Below are positions 48,790 to 62,580 of a stretch of 64,000 nucleotides of DNA, one piece after another. A program made the position numbers and the translations under genes. The first letter of the stretch is position 1; every line of letters starts with the position of its first letter. Under the pieces are notes generated by a model that had not been told where the DNA came from, searched no databases, and worked only from the letters and a program-made list of their open reading frames with translations. This DNA is from Amphiscolops sp. MND2022. Its lineage: Eukaryota. The stretch spans positions 28,582,001 through 28,646,000 of the forward strand of contig OZ076420.1 in the NCBI GenBank assembly GCA_964187785.1, read 5' to 3'.

Positions 48790-49436
48790 AATCCTTCATT
48801 ATTTTTAAATATCTTTTTTAATTTAGTGTTTTCTGATGCCAAGCAGTTCGTAGCGAAGCTTTCTTGACATCTTGAGCTTCTTAGTAAAATTTTTCTTGGA
48901 AATATGACTGTATTGTTAGGATTTCTCCCAGATCTTGCCAAGATTTTACTAAGATGATCATGGCGGGTCAACCGGGGAAATCATAAAATTACATAGCTGG
49001 AAAAAAAACATTCCTTAATGATAGTCTATTTTTTTCAAATATTTTGCAACGACATTTTGCGTGTTTTTCAGTGCAACTAGTTTTTCCGAACGAAGAGTTC
49101 TTGGTATAATAGTTAGAACCTAATTGAAACTTTTGGAATGAAGAGAGAACCGAATAAAGTTGTGTTAAGGTTAACCTTGATCCGAGCTGGATGATGAATC
49201 GAATCCTTTCTTCAGTCCCTCCAACTCCTTAATAAGTTGCTTGACCCCCATGAGACGCTTGTAATTGAGGATAACTATGGGTACACAGATGGCAATGAGG
49301 AAAGAAGCGGCTGCGAAGAGAGTCACCTTGCTTTTGCCCTTGAATTCGGCCGCATAGAACATGAACACGCACAGAACTGTGACAAAACAAGGTGTGCTGA
49401 AATCACAAGGAGATCTCAAGAAAACTGGTTGGTCGG

Positions 49437-50986
49437 TGTCGTAACCATAATCATCGTCACTTTGATTAGAATCTCCTGAATTCTCACTACGACGATTTAT
49501 TCGGTTACTTTCCGCTGTAGTCAACCTGGGGAACTCATTTTGAGTGTTTTCAGCCATATGGCTGACATTTATTGAATGCAGTCTTTCTGACTGTAGGTCC
49601 TTCTGAGTATGTGCCTGACTTGAATTACTCGGATGCAGTCCATCTGACCGAAGGTCCAAATTTGCATTTTTAGCTGAATTTTGAGATTTAACAGCAATCT
49701 TGATGCTCGGAAGCACTTTGTCCTCAATTGCTGAGTTAATAACGTCTAATATCTGAGAATTTAGATTCGCTTGTATTTCCTCTAACTTCTTTGACATTTG
49801 AGATGAGATTTCTGAGCTAATTGCTCTACTAGTTTCCACTGTTAAACCACTATTTTCACTAAAGTTGGTGTTCAAATAAGTTCTGTAATGATTTTCAACT
49901 TAATTTGAGATTCCTTCTCGTCCACTTGACCTCTGGTCAATGTCATTTTCATTATTTTCATTCTCGATTTCGCTATTTTGCCTTTGGTAGCTGCCTTGCA
50001 TCACGTCAAAGTTATCTATATCAGACATTACGTCCGATTGCCTGGAACGTTTCTCTTTCGCTTTCTGCTTTCTATTAGAAGGCATATTTAATAAAGGAAC
50101 TTGTTTCAACTATGAAATATCAAAGATAGCAAAACAATGTAGTGTGTAGCTTGAAGGTAGTATTATATACCCTTTTACATCATGTCCCGAGTATATATAG
50201 TTATTGCAACGTGACAAGCGTAAATTTGAATGTCAGGGTGCTAATTTTAGGTATATGTCAGGCTAAATTTATCTTTCAACCTGACTTTTGCATCATTGTT
50301 ACTAAAAATAGATTGGGCAGTGTAATATTACGTCACTTGGGTTGGTCAGATATAAAGAGCATCAAACAAATGGTAAACAACTTTACATGTAACTAAATCT
50401 AGATCAAAGCAACACTTCATTTCCCGACTAAGAGCATTATTAACCAAATCCCAATTTCGACTGAGCGTCAACATGACCACAGCAAATAACTGGTACTGAA
50501 TTCTGATTGGATTAGCGCTGTTTGGGACCATGCGTCTGCTCGACCGCAATAATGTTCGAGTTGAGTTGAGTCCCAAATGGCGTTTTAAAGCACTATTTAA
50601 GTACCAATTAATGGCACTTGAATTAATCTGTCAAGGTGAATATTGATAATTGGGTAATTCACTGTAAATCTGGTCTTTCCATGTAAACTTGTATAGGTGA
50701 ACAGTTCTAATTAATAATGTAACAGCAGCAACTTCATAATGTAAGCACCACTTGTATGTGGTCAATGTGACCTTAGGTCAAAGTAATTGGTAATTAAAAT
50801 GATTTACATGCGCCAGGTTAACAGTAAAAATTATTTACATGAAGAAGGAGTTGATCATTTACTTAAATGTTGAGTAAAAGCTTTAGGGATTGTTTTAAAT
50901 GGGTAAAACTCCAGGTGCTGGCATTGTGTTATTGCTTTCAGGCATCATCTGGTACAGAGTGCCGTCACAAGCGGCAGCTTGCGACA
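49437..50986 (-). repeat. 3' LTR (about 1550 bp)
   Basis: Starts TGTCGCAAG directly after the purine tract CCCGGGGGGAG (50997-50987) and ends GGTTACGACA (TGTCG inverted termini). No second LTR in the window to confirm. Confidence 0.7.
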
Positions 50987-51056
50987 CTCCCCCCGGGATG
51001 AGTATATACGAGCCCGCCCTCATGCCAGCTTGGAAGGCATGACGTCTCGCCATCCG

Positions 51057-51867
51057 CTAGTCGTAAGTCTCTCCAGCTATATGAGTCTGTTCGAAGTATC
51101 CCAATGTGATTTCTTCCTTGATGTCAATAGATGATTTTCCACAAATGACGCAGCCAGTTTGAGAAGTCTCATTGGGTACGCCGCAGTTACCACTGATACC
51201 GATTCCCAGGCCCGTAATGTGTGAGTTACCGTACCATGAATCTGTAGATACATCAGGGCGCAGCGTGTGATAAGCGTCACTTGAAGGCCCTTGATCTTCC
51301 AATGGGGGTGACCATGGTGAGTCTCGGATTGGGTTCAGTCCGCTACATTGTGTAATTGGATTGTATGTAGTTCTGGGTGGACCTCCAGCACACCACTCCG
51401 ATAAATCATGAGACGGGTCGGAGAAAGTACTAATTGATTCATATATATATTATCAGGCAAGTTCAGGTCGTTCAGACAATGAGTGAGCTCTGTGGTCATT
51501 GCCCTTCCAGCAACAAGCTGCGGTGGGAAAGGTTTAGTTTCGCGGTAACAAGCGAAAACTTGGATATCGTCGTCTGAATCTTGGTCGTCTAGAGCGTCAA
51601 TGACAGACACTGTGTCGACTTCCATATTTTCGTCCGAAGATTGGCATGAAAGGCTCACTAGAGGCCTATGATGCTCCTCCAAAGAAAATTGTAGTGACAT
51701 TTCTTCACAAAAACGTTGAAGAAAAAGTTTCTTGGCAATTTTGAAGTGATTGTCAGAGTCAGCTGTTCGTGAGAAATGATATCGGAAGAATGATTGGGTT
51801 CGGTCGAACTGACTTCAGGTCCAAGTTTGTTTTCGCGGGAAAAGCCAAGCGGGAATCTGGTCGGCAT
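51057..51867 (-). pseudogene. Decayed sense-strand accessory ORF just upstream of the PPT
   Basis: Three successive frames (51867-51658, 51700-51335, 51302-51057), acidic, with a GCVICG CxxC motif near the end. Confidence 0.45.
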
Positions 51868-53456
51868 GATTCCTCAAGTTTCCCTATTTTAGGCTTTAGT
51901 TTGACTTAACGGTTGTCAACAATTCAGATTCAATAGTCTATTCTCTTGTTTTTATTGCCACTTGACTTAGGTTTACTCTCCTCTTCAAAGGCTACTACTC
52001 GTCAATAAAAGAGGCGTTATTGCTTATTCTTTGTCAACAAACCATATCAAAGACTATCGGTCTGCCTGACTTGAATGAATGGTGGCCAATCATGTTGTGC
52101 AGGTCAATGATGAATAAAATGAAGATGAATGAAATTTTTCATCTCATGAAATTCGATTAACCTTAGGTACTGACAAACTTAGGGGTACAAGTGTGTTATA
52201 TTTGACTCAAGAAGTAAATGAATGGAAACATCCTATCCATATTAGTTCAAAAAGAACCAGTTGGGTACGTCACTGGCAGGTTCGGTACTTCTGGTGAAGG
52301 TTACATACTAAATATTCAGCAAGTAATGGGAAGAAATTTGTTTATTATTTCAGTTGCCACGACTCATTAATAGTGTTTGAGTACTAATTTGTTAAGCATT
52401 TGAAGTAATGTCTTTTAGCAAAATCATCCAAGGAGCGACAATTACCATGGTGTAATTACACTAAGTCATTTAATTGAGTCAAAGGTAGTACAAGTCGGGA
52501 TATTTTCGCTCTTCAGTGAGAAGGTTATATTAGTAATAGAGTATATGTAATTGATTGTGGTCAAATGGACCTTTGTTCCAATAAATTAATTACTGTAATG
52601 CGGATAACTTGTTGCAGTCAATTGTACGCGCAGTCTGGTAATGTAAATAAGGACGTCATCACTTTGGTTGCGTGGAGTGATTTCATTGATTAGTGAACAT
52701 TCGTCTTGTTCAAATGCATTGTGTACTAGCTTTGTACCAGTTGTTAATTTCAACTTGCTTCATCGCCTTTTAGTTGTTTTGAGCTTCAAGCAGCATCACC
52801 TGAGCTGTACTAGATTTCCTTCGGGATTTAGTGCAATGTCTCTGACCTTGAGTTCAATTTTAACTAAACTCATATAGTCGTTCGTCAAATCACCTCCGAT
52901 TCCATTTGTCCGATCGCATTTGTCCGATTCCATCTATTTTGCGACAAATCATCTTTCATTACAGCATTTGTCAGGGGATTCTATCAGGGGATTCTACATT
53001 CAGCATTTGACAGGGGATTTGACAGCTGTTTCTAATTGTCTAATTGTTATATTAGCCATTCCGTACTATTGACCACACTATCTTATTCTCCGTGTATTAT
53101 TCCCACGAATTTGCTATTGTCATCCTTTATCCTGCTGCCTTGAGCCAATTCCTTATCAAAGTGATTTGTCGTCTGCGAGCCCCTGAGTCCAATCCGCTGT
53201 ACAAGTTTCAGTCAACCCAGCAGGAAACAATCAATTGCGTTGCCGTCACTTCATCTTCCTCTTTGAAACTGAGCTTCCAAATTTTGCCTTTCCATCATGG
53301 AAATAGCATCAGGTTGGTTCTTTTTATTTTGTCAAAACAGAACTTGATCAGGGTTCAGAGTTGACTAACGTACTTTCTCCATCGTGAAAAGATATCACTT
53401 TAACGTGACTAAATTGAATTTCTAACTTGCTTACGGAAGACTTTAAAAGCGGTAAG

Positions 53457-56400
53457 ATGGATAGTTTTGCAGGAAGTGAACCGCGAGTGTTCATATCTTT
53501 TTGTTCAGATAATGAACGAAATGGCCAACCAGCACAGGAGCAAGAAGAAGGAATGGACACAACTCCAGTACAACTCAGCAATACCCTCCAGGTCGTAACT
53601 CCGGTGGAAGGTACCGAATCTCCATCTGGGCAAATGATTTCTGGACAAAGCGTGATTGGAACGGGTGTCAGTCTGACTTCAGGCGATGAGAATGAGCAAT
53701 CAGCTCCCGATCCAAATGCAGCAGGTCTTAACGTCAATCAGACTGCAATGAGTGATAGTGAGCAAGCAGTTCCCAAGCCAAATGAAATGGTACCTGACGT
53801 CAGTCAGACTGCAGTAATGTGCGAGGGTAACCAGCCCGATCATGAGCCGAATGAGACTGAACTTGAGGTCAGCTTGACTGCAGCTCAAGAGAGCCATTCC
53901 ACACATTTGGAGCTGAGTGGAACCGACCATGCAGTCAGACAGACAGCAACTGACGAAGGCGATCAAAGTCCTATGTCCGCTCAACAGGCAAGCACTACTG
54001 ATTCAGAAGAGAGCTGTAGCTCCTTCATAGCTAGAAGATTGGAAGCAATGGAAGGACAGCAGCAAGAAAACATTGAGAATCCCCAAACAGTTAGCATCAG
54101 CGAAGGGCTAGTGATTGTGCCAACCTCTCAAGTCGTGTACAAGTCATAGCCGGATGATCCAATAGATAATCCTGGCGATCAGCCAACAGAACAAGCAAGT
54201 GTAGAACCTCTCGCTCAGCCGACCACCTCAGCATTGCAAGACCCACGACTTTTGCCACGTGAACAGAGGGCCTACAAAGTATTTACCGCTACTCCATTCA
54301 GTCCTGAGGAACCTACGCGAACCTACGGTGTCTTTGCTAAGTTTCTTTCACCTCCACAGCTTGAAATGTCAAATGACACTGAACCCAACCAGTCTCTTAC
54401 CAGTGAGGCATATGCCAGTAGTGAGGCTCCAACTGTCGTCGGAAGTGACTTGGAGTCAGGGTTTTACCCTCGTTCAACCTTAGCTCAGGCCATGGCACCT
54501 CGGAAACGCCAAGACTCGACAGATGATTCAGATGACACCAGTGAAGCTACCGAGGAGGACCCTCCTGCTGAACCCACTGGAGTGACTGCTTTGTCTATCA
54601 GTAGCAGGGAAATACTCAGAAAATTTTTCAGTGAAACAAAACCTGTCTTCTTGCGACAGGGCCATCCGACCATTGTCCTGAGACTCAGGATCAGATTGGA
54701 CAAATCCTGAGAATCGTCGCTGATGAGAGTGCTAAAGCTTCGTTTGAGATGATGGACTGCATCATCCGCAGAGCGAGCGAGTTAAATTTGAACAGTGACC
54801 GCACTCTACGAGCCCCGAATAAGGCCTCCACAATGGGATTGGATCCCGAAGCGTCAGATGTTGAAACTGAGGAAGGGTCAACGAGAACTGAAGCCATCAG
54901 ATACAGTGAAGTTAGTGACGTGTGCCCAACTGACGACGAGAACAATAGCATTGGTTATACCTATGAGTATCCTCTGAGGTTCACATCAACAAGCCGCCTC
55001 TCCCAGGGTGTAGACGTTCTGACCTTGAGGCCCCAGGAACTTCAGCACGACCTGACAGCCCAGGAGCGCAGACCTTGGCTGAGCTCAAACGAGAAGTAGC
55101 ACGAGGCAAAGTGAGAAGTCGCCCGTCTAAATTACTCGTACCAAGCAGGGGGAGTCCCGGTAAAGCTGTACCCCGATCCTGCAAAATTATGCGGGAAGAA
55201 TATTTCAAAGGCATGGACTGGAGGCGGACCTTTGTCTCCGGGCCCCTAGACCCCAAATGGAACCCTTACAATTTCTATTGCCAGATTTGTAAGGGTAACA
55301 TCTCCATCTACGGACGTGGACCACGGAAGATACTTCGCCATTATGCCACTGAACGCAACTTGAGTAAGGATCAGCGGTGGCGGTATGAGTACTTCGCCAT
55401 TGAGGATCCCGTTACTAAAGTAATCAGACATCAAGTTCGAGGAGAGGACGGGAAAGTGTTGATCCCAGGCAACCAGTTGACGAACTGCCCAACTTCATTG
55501 ATGTTCCTTTAGTTGACATCGGGGAAAAGTTCCCGTTTTTGACGAGTTTATGGCGGCACACGATTATATGGCCTCATCATCTGAGAACCGGATGAGGGTA
55601 CAAGTCTCTATCCTCAGTAGTATTCTCCTTTCTTGCGGCAATCTGTCTTTGCTGAGAAAACTCTGGAAGGACATTGGAGTCGTGGTGAACCACCAGGCCC
55701 TCTTTTCCGACTTCAACTGGGAGAAAGAACGAATTCTAGTAAGTTAATTTTCCTTCTCTCATGATTGTAACATAATTTGCTAAGGTGTCATAACTCCGAT
55801 AGGTGTCATAATGACTTTTGGTCTTTAACCAATCCGCTGGTTAGTGTAACTCGCCTTCTGGATTTCAACCTTCCTGTTTTCATTTCAGGCCCTTTCGCAT
55901 CACGTGTTTTGCAGCATGATTGAAGACATCGCCTCCCACACAATCTCCAATGGTTGTTACGCCATAGAGTTCGAGGTACAAGGCCATTCCTTCTAATGCA
56001 CATTCGCTTCTGGAAGGACAAGCAGATGTGCCGGGTCTTCCTGCGACAAACTGGACGAACAGTCAATCAGACTTCAGCTGAGATTTATCTGATTTCCCAC
56101 ATGTTAGGGGCAATATCATCACAGACGTCTCTTGTAAGTGTCAATGGGTGTACTGGAGAGTTAATTCCGAAGCTCGACCAAAGCAAGCTGTTCAAGTTTG
56201 GTGTCAGCAGCTCTATCCGATTCGAGGAGTTTTCAGTCGCTACCCATCATGTGTCAAGAGCTTTTGGCGAACTGGACTTCAGTGGTCGAGTACTTGAGCA
56301 AACATTCAGTTTATCAAGAAGGGCAAGGGGTACGCAAACAGGTTTGTATAATGTAGTCTCCTTGACTTGTGGTCCAATATTCGTTGTGTTAATCAAGTTC

Positions 56401-57500
56401 GTTGTTGTAGCCTCAGAACCTTGAGTCGTCCATTATAATGGATGACTTCTTTACCGTCAAATTGGAACTCTTCTTGCGGCATGTACGGGACTGTGAGTAT
56501 TATTGCTTCCTTTGTAGTTTGATGGGTTTGTACAAATGGTATATTGTTTGATGTGTTCAGATACCACCAGCTTCTCTCATAGCTTTTCTGGTCGTCGTGA
56601 CCGCGGGTTTTATGCGTACAACCAATTTTGCCAGTACTTCTTGAAGATTGCCCGACGGTGCGTTTCTTCCTCTAGTCTTCCCAATTGTTCGGAAGGTGCC
56701 AAGGTCCTTGAGCTGGACATTCGCCGAGTGGCCGCTTAAACAGTCACAGAAGTCCTCAACAAGTGGGAACTGGGACAAAGATTGGACACAGCCTGCAAGT
56801 TAAAGGCCGCAAGGGACAGGAGAGACAAAAAAGAATGCAGGGCTTAGCTTGGAAGTCCTGACTAAGAGAAATAAAGAAGATATTGGTCGATTGGCACGCA
56901 GCTATGTGACGTACATCTTCAATGAGGCCCAGAGTCATCTCGGCTTCACTAGCGATATTGTTAAAGGTCTTGGGGCGTTTGATCTCAACGTTATCCTCGG
57001 GGAAAACCACAGCCAAAGTGGAAGTTGTGCTTCGAGGGCATTTCTCTGAGGACCAGGAGGCTGTGTCTCGAGGAGTTTCAGACCTTTACAGAAGAATTGC
57101 AGCAATTGTACACAGAGATGGTCCAGCCTACGCTTTTCATCCAAGATACTTTTAATTTTTTAATAGAACAAACCATCCTGCGAAATAAACCTCTCTTGTT
57201 GAAGATGTTCCAGCTTGCCTGTTTGTGTTTGGACGAGCCTTTCTCGAGTTTGCCTTCCGTTAAATTTAGTTCTGTAAATACTGAAGATCCAACCTGCAGG
57301 CATATAGACCTTATCCTGCCTGTCCAATAATACTTTGAAAATGTCCCGTACAACGTTGAGGCTACCACTACTGATGATCTTGTAGCCAAATTCCTTCATT
57401 ACGAGAGTGTGTACAGTGAACTTGGGGCATCAGACACCTATTGTCTTTGGACCGAAGTGAACCGCTACGATCAGAGCCAGATGTTAAAAACTCTCTGAGG
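53457..57500 (+). pseudogene. Decayed antisense gene in the retrotransposon 3' region: acidic N-terminus, C2H2-like zinc finger, hAT-transposase-like body, GT-AG introns
   Basis: ATG 53457. FYCQICKGNISIYGRGPRKILRHYATERN (55270-55350). Introns 55739-55888 and 56493-56560 join frames in phase 0. C-terminal LLLKMFQLACLCLDEP. Multiple stops and frameshifts. Confidence 0.6.
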
Positions 57501-57898
57501 TGCAGACGTGTCTGCGAAGGGCAATGAATCGGATGGACACTCAGGAACATCAAGTGCCCGCAGCGCTCCAAAGACACTGGGAGTCCCCAAAGGCAATAAG
57601 CGTACCAGCCGCTTAATAACTAGCACTGAACTCTCCCGTTCCGATGGGGAATTGTTAGCTTCTAGCAGTTAGTCATAATTGTATATTGTGAATCTATTTC
57701 TAGTTGTTGCTGATAGTTTGTACTTATTCTTTGGTTTTGTTCTTGCCTTGTTTCTTGCATTGTTGTATGATTATTTGTCTGTTGATGTTGTTTTGACAGT
57801 GAGTCAGTTCAGAAAAAAAAACAAATTCATTCAGAACCCAAAAAGATACTTGTGAGTGTGGCAAAATAAGCCGAGGGGCTCCTAATTTACTTCTTTGA

Positions 57899-60800
57899 TC
57901 AGTATCTGTATTCTTCAGTGAAGTTGGGGGTGAGGTTAGGGCGTAGATTATATTTTCCTCCCCTGGGACTTTCATTTTCTTCAACCGCTTCATCATTTTC
58001 ATTATTCAATAAATCTGGTACGATTATATCCTCACCTCTAGAATTCAAAAGATCGGAGTTTCCCGCTTCGGAGGGTCTCGTAGGGGTATTCTCGTCAATT
58101 TTAGAATCAGTAGTTGACTGCGGTCGCGTTGACCGCCGGTCCGAATCAGCCAGATTTTCAACCGGCTGCTCAGGCAGTTGCTCAGACTCGTCTGGGCTAG
58201 TATCTTGCTGCGGTCTAGCGGACCGATGGTCCGCGTTGTTGATTTCTTGTTCACGCTGCTCGGAAGCGGCGTCGTCATTATTTTCGTCGCGTCGTGTAGA
58301 CTGAAGGTCTAAATCTGTAATTATAGCGTCCCGTTGATCAGAATCAATTGGTGAATTATCAGAGGTGTTATTTAAGTCGGAATGAGTAGGAAAATCGTCG
58401 AATTCCGTTTCCCAAGAAATAATGTAAAGATCATTTTGTGGTATGATAATTTCATCACCAGCTTGTAAATTTCCTCCGGGCGGACGTCACGTACTTTTTT
58501 GTTCGGGGTATATTTTCGTGAGCGTGTCCGATGTAAAATTTGCGTTTTATTAGACCTGAGTTTTCGAACAATGTAATTTTCGTTCGGTAGGACTTTTTCA
58601 ATGACATAGGGTCCAATCCACCGGAATTCACGGAATGGAATTTTGGATCCTTCATGGTCTGCCGACGGCTGTAATATAAAGCAATAGTCTCCCTGGTGTA
58701 AAGGGGCTGCTTTGGCTTTTCGGCGGAATATTCTCTGTACTTCAAGTACGACTGCATGAGATTTTTCTTCGTTCTATCAATCAGAATTTGAGTACGTCTT
58801 TTAGTTCCTCAGCAAATTCCGTTGTTGGTAGTATTTTCGGCTTGGGATTTAATCCCAACCTATGGTCTAGGATATTATACGGTACCCTGCCATGAAAGAT
58901 TCTGGATAGTTCGTATCCTAGACTTGAATGATAGGTCGTGTTGTAGTTGAGAACAGCCAATGGGAGATATTTGTGCCATTGTCGACGATATTCACCAGAA
59001 GCCATTTTAAGTTTGCCCTTAAGGCTTGCATGAGTTCTCTCTAATTTACCTATCGTCTGAGGATGCTTCGTTGTGGCCCATTTGATCTGAATGCCTAGGA
59101 TCTTTGCGACTTCATCAACTAGACGGGACGTAAATGCGGTTCCTTTGTCAGTAATCAAAGTTGTCGGTAAATATGTTTGCCTCGTCATGATATCAATAAG
59201 TACTCTTGCTGTGCTGGAGGCCGAAGCATCGACTACGAGATACGCAAACAGGTATCTTGAGAAGACGTCCAGAGCGGTGAAGATATTTTCGTATCCCCCG
59301 CCCGCTCGGAGGGAGGTTGGGTAAGAGATCGATCTGGAGGGCATCTTCAGGACCAAGATCCCATTCAGGCAAATTAGGTAGTTCAGGCGTTATCGATGGG
59401 TTTTTGATTCGTTTGTCTTTCATGAATATTTCACATCCCTGGACCCACTTTTTGACAATTTTTGCAATTCCAGGGTAGTAATGTTTTTGACGGATTTCCT
59501 AAAGCATCTTGGAAATTCCCGGATGTTTATTTGCTTTCCCATGCAATGATTGGAGTAATTCTGACACAGGGTGTTTGGGTAAAAGCGCCTGACGGTATTG
59601 AACACTTCCTGTTTCGTCATAGTAGTCTCTAATGACGACGTCATCCTGGACAGACAGCCGGTCGATTTGACTGCAGTAGTGTCGGTAGCGCGAATCTTGT
59701 TGTAGGATCGTCTCCGAATATTCCTCTTTCTGCAGTTTGAGAAGTAACTGGTGCAGTACCACATCATTTTGTTGCTCAATAGCCATGGTGGTAGAATTTG
59801 ACAATATCTGTAAAGTTGTCATTTGGGAAGAAGCACCACTCTGGGTGCTAAGTTTCTCTAGGGAAATATCAGGTGCTTGGTTTGTCGGATGAGACCTGGC
59901 GTCCTTTTTTCGTTGCCATATTTGTTCCTCTGTTTCTTCATTCTCGTCTGTATCGAATATCGTCTTCTTCAGTTACTCCGGCCGATTGGACGTTGAGTTC
60001 TATGGGAGTCGTCAAGATGTCCTCTCGTATACGGAGTATGAGTTTCTCTTTAGGGCGGATTTCTAGACGGGACAGATAGTCGGCAGCAGTATTGTTTTTG
60101 CCAGGTATATGGGCAATTGTGAAGTTGAACTGGATGACGTAGTCACACACGTTCCACAGGGTTGGTGGAATGATTTTAGTTTGGAAAAAGCGAGTGACCG
60201 ACTTGTTGTCTGTTAGTATGATCACCGGTTTCGAGGTCCCCCAAAAGATGTGTCCAAATTCTTTGAAGGCGAAAAATATTCTCAAGAAATCTTTCGCATA
60301 TATGGACATTTTCAGTTGGGCGGGACTAAAGGTCTTGGATCTTTAAGCAACAAGTGCGAAAGGTTTTCGCGTTGAAGTAAACTTCTCACTGGGATCGTCC
60401 TCGATGAGAACTGCGTAACCTGCTGCTGAGAAGCTAGCATCAGTCATTAATGCTATCTGCTTATTGGGCAGAGGTTGTTTGAGTGCAAGTTCACAACATC
60501 GGTCAAGAGCTTTGTTGATCTCGGTGAATTGTTCTAACAACTCGGTGTCACCATGACTTTGGCATCATTTTTCAATAATTTAAAGAATGGGGTGAGTTTT
60601 TCTGAAAGTCTTGGGATGTAATTACGGTAGTAATTCAAGAATCCCAAATACCTTTGAAGTGTTTTCTTGAATTTTGGGAATTTCGTTTTTTCGAGACAAT
60701 TCTGGACCCTGGGTCGTTGTGGCTTCACTCCTTCAAGAGTGATGGTGCGCCCCAGGAAGTCGATTTCTTTGGCACCAAAATGCATTTATGTGTCGTTAGT

Positions 60801-62580
60801 TTAAGACCAGCAGTCCTGATGCACTGGAACGTCGCTCTAAGGTTGTCGATGAGTTGGATAGCGTCGCTTGCCGCGATGCCAATATCATCTACATACTGAG
60901 CGCATTGATCAGCTTTGATAACTTTGTCAAGGTATTCACGCATAAAGCTCGAAAAGGCTGACAGCGCTCTACTGAGACCTTGTGCGAGGCGGCGGTATGC
61001 GAATGATCTGCTGGCAAAGTTAAAGGCCAACATCTCCATTGACCGTTGGTCAGCCATTTGGAGACAGTGATAAGCTTGTGAACAACCTAATTTGCAGAAT
61101 AGACGTTTGCCTGCCATATGTTGTGCGGCGTCAGTTAACGTGCTGACAGGATGGTTGTTGTTTATGTAGTCATCAGAGATCAAGTTGTTGATTTCTCGAA
61201 GGTCGACGAGGAGTCTTAATTTGCCGTTTGGTTTTTTCTGATCGAAAATCAGACCAGTATTTTTGAAAAATGGGGGTGTTGTTATGATCCCTAATCGGTG
61301 TAGTAGTGCTAACTCGACAAAGACATCCTCCTTCAGATTGACTGGAGTCGGCAAGTTTTGACTATAGGCTGGAGAATCATCTTTAGGAGTCAATTTGACC
61401 TTGAAGTCTTCATTCATACTCATGTCAAAGCGGTGTCTGTCAAAAATGTCGTGAAATTCGACGAGGAGCTCTTCAATTCGGGCAATTTCAGTTGAGTTCA
61501 ACGTCGAGTCTGCCCAATCAAAATGTGCGAGGAATTGTTTTCTGGACTCAGGGTTGTCCTGAGGGTTGAGTTGTTCTAATTCCTGGAGGCTGTGTAATTC
61601 CCTCAGGATGCGTTGCTGGATTGGCGTGTGAAGTTGAGGGTCTCCAGGGTTTTCTGGAGAAGGGAACCAATGGTTCTCTTTGTCGTCCTCAGCTTTAGCA
61701 GATTTTATCAGGCTGCTGGCGTAATAGGCAGCGTTTTCTGGGTCGTCTTGTAAAAGGTGCCATGTGGTCACCGGGTCAATGGGTTTGACATATTTCATCT
61801 GTTCTGGTGTCAGGACAGAGAAGTTGGCAATATGCGAACCTCTTTTGAGGGTGTATGGCTGGTCAGTGAAATTGTTCATATGAATGGTAACCTGACCTTG
61901 GGTCAGGGTGACTAGAGCAGCACAAAAGGCGATATCGCCATCTTCTGTGAGAGCGTTGCTCGGTTGGAGAATTCCAGTGACATTAGAGTCCTCATACATT
62001 TGCGAATGCATAGAGACCATATGTCTGTCATTTGGTGGAATAGTAATGTCGTCCCGTGTGGTGATGGGTTCCATTACATTAGTGTACTTGTGATCCGCTG
62101 TTTTCAATTGCATGGAGAAGAATGGGAAATTTAAAATTCCCTGTCTCATGCCCAATATGGAATTGTTCCCTTTGAAGGAACGAAAGGCCTATGAGTGGAC
62201 TCGTAAGCTTTTCCATGACTATGAAAATCTCATGAAATTCAATGTCCCCGACCTCAAATTTGAGTTCAACACTACTCTCCGGATTTTCCAGTTGTCCATT
62301 GGCAACCATTATTTGGAAGTTTGGAGCTGGGCCCTCTTTTATAATTGACTGAGGGGCTAATAAGCGGATTTTACGTAGATCAGTTTCAGGGATTGCGCTA
62401 GATAGAGCTCCCGTGTCTACAAGGCCATCTAAAATTAGTTCGCTAAAATCCAAGGGAAAATAGAGCATGCGGCTCTTGCATTTGAGCCCTAGGTTTGTTG
62501 TGAGAGGGACGTAGTCGGGTTCACCATGTCGTGAGATCAGCGTGTTTATAAATCTTTCTTCCACCATTGCAGTCAGTGCG
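57899..62580 (-). pseudogene. Frameshifted pol (PR, dUTPase-like segment, RT, RH, IN)
   Basis: ORFs 62645-62079, 62155-60725, 60785-60534, 60540-60343, 60309-59938, 59779-59420, 59356-58781 and 58757-58455. Confidence 0.9.
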
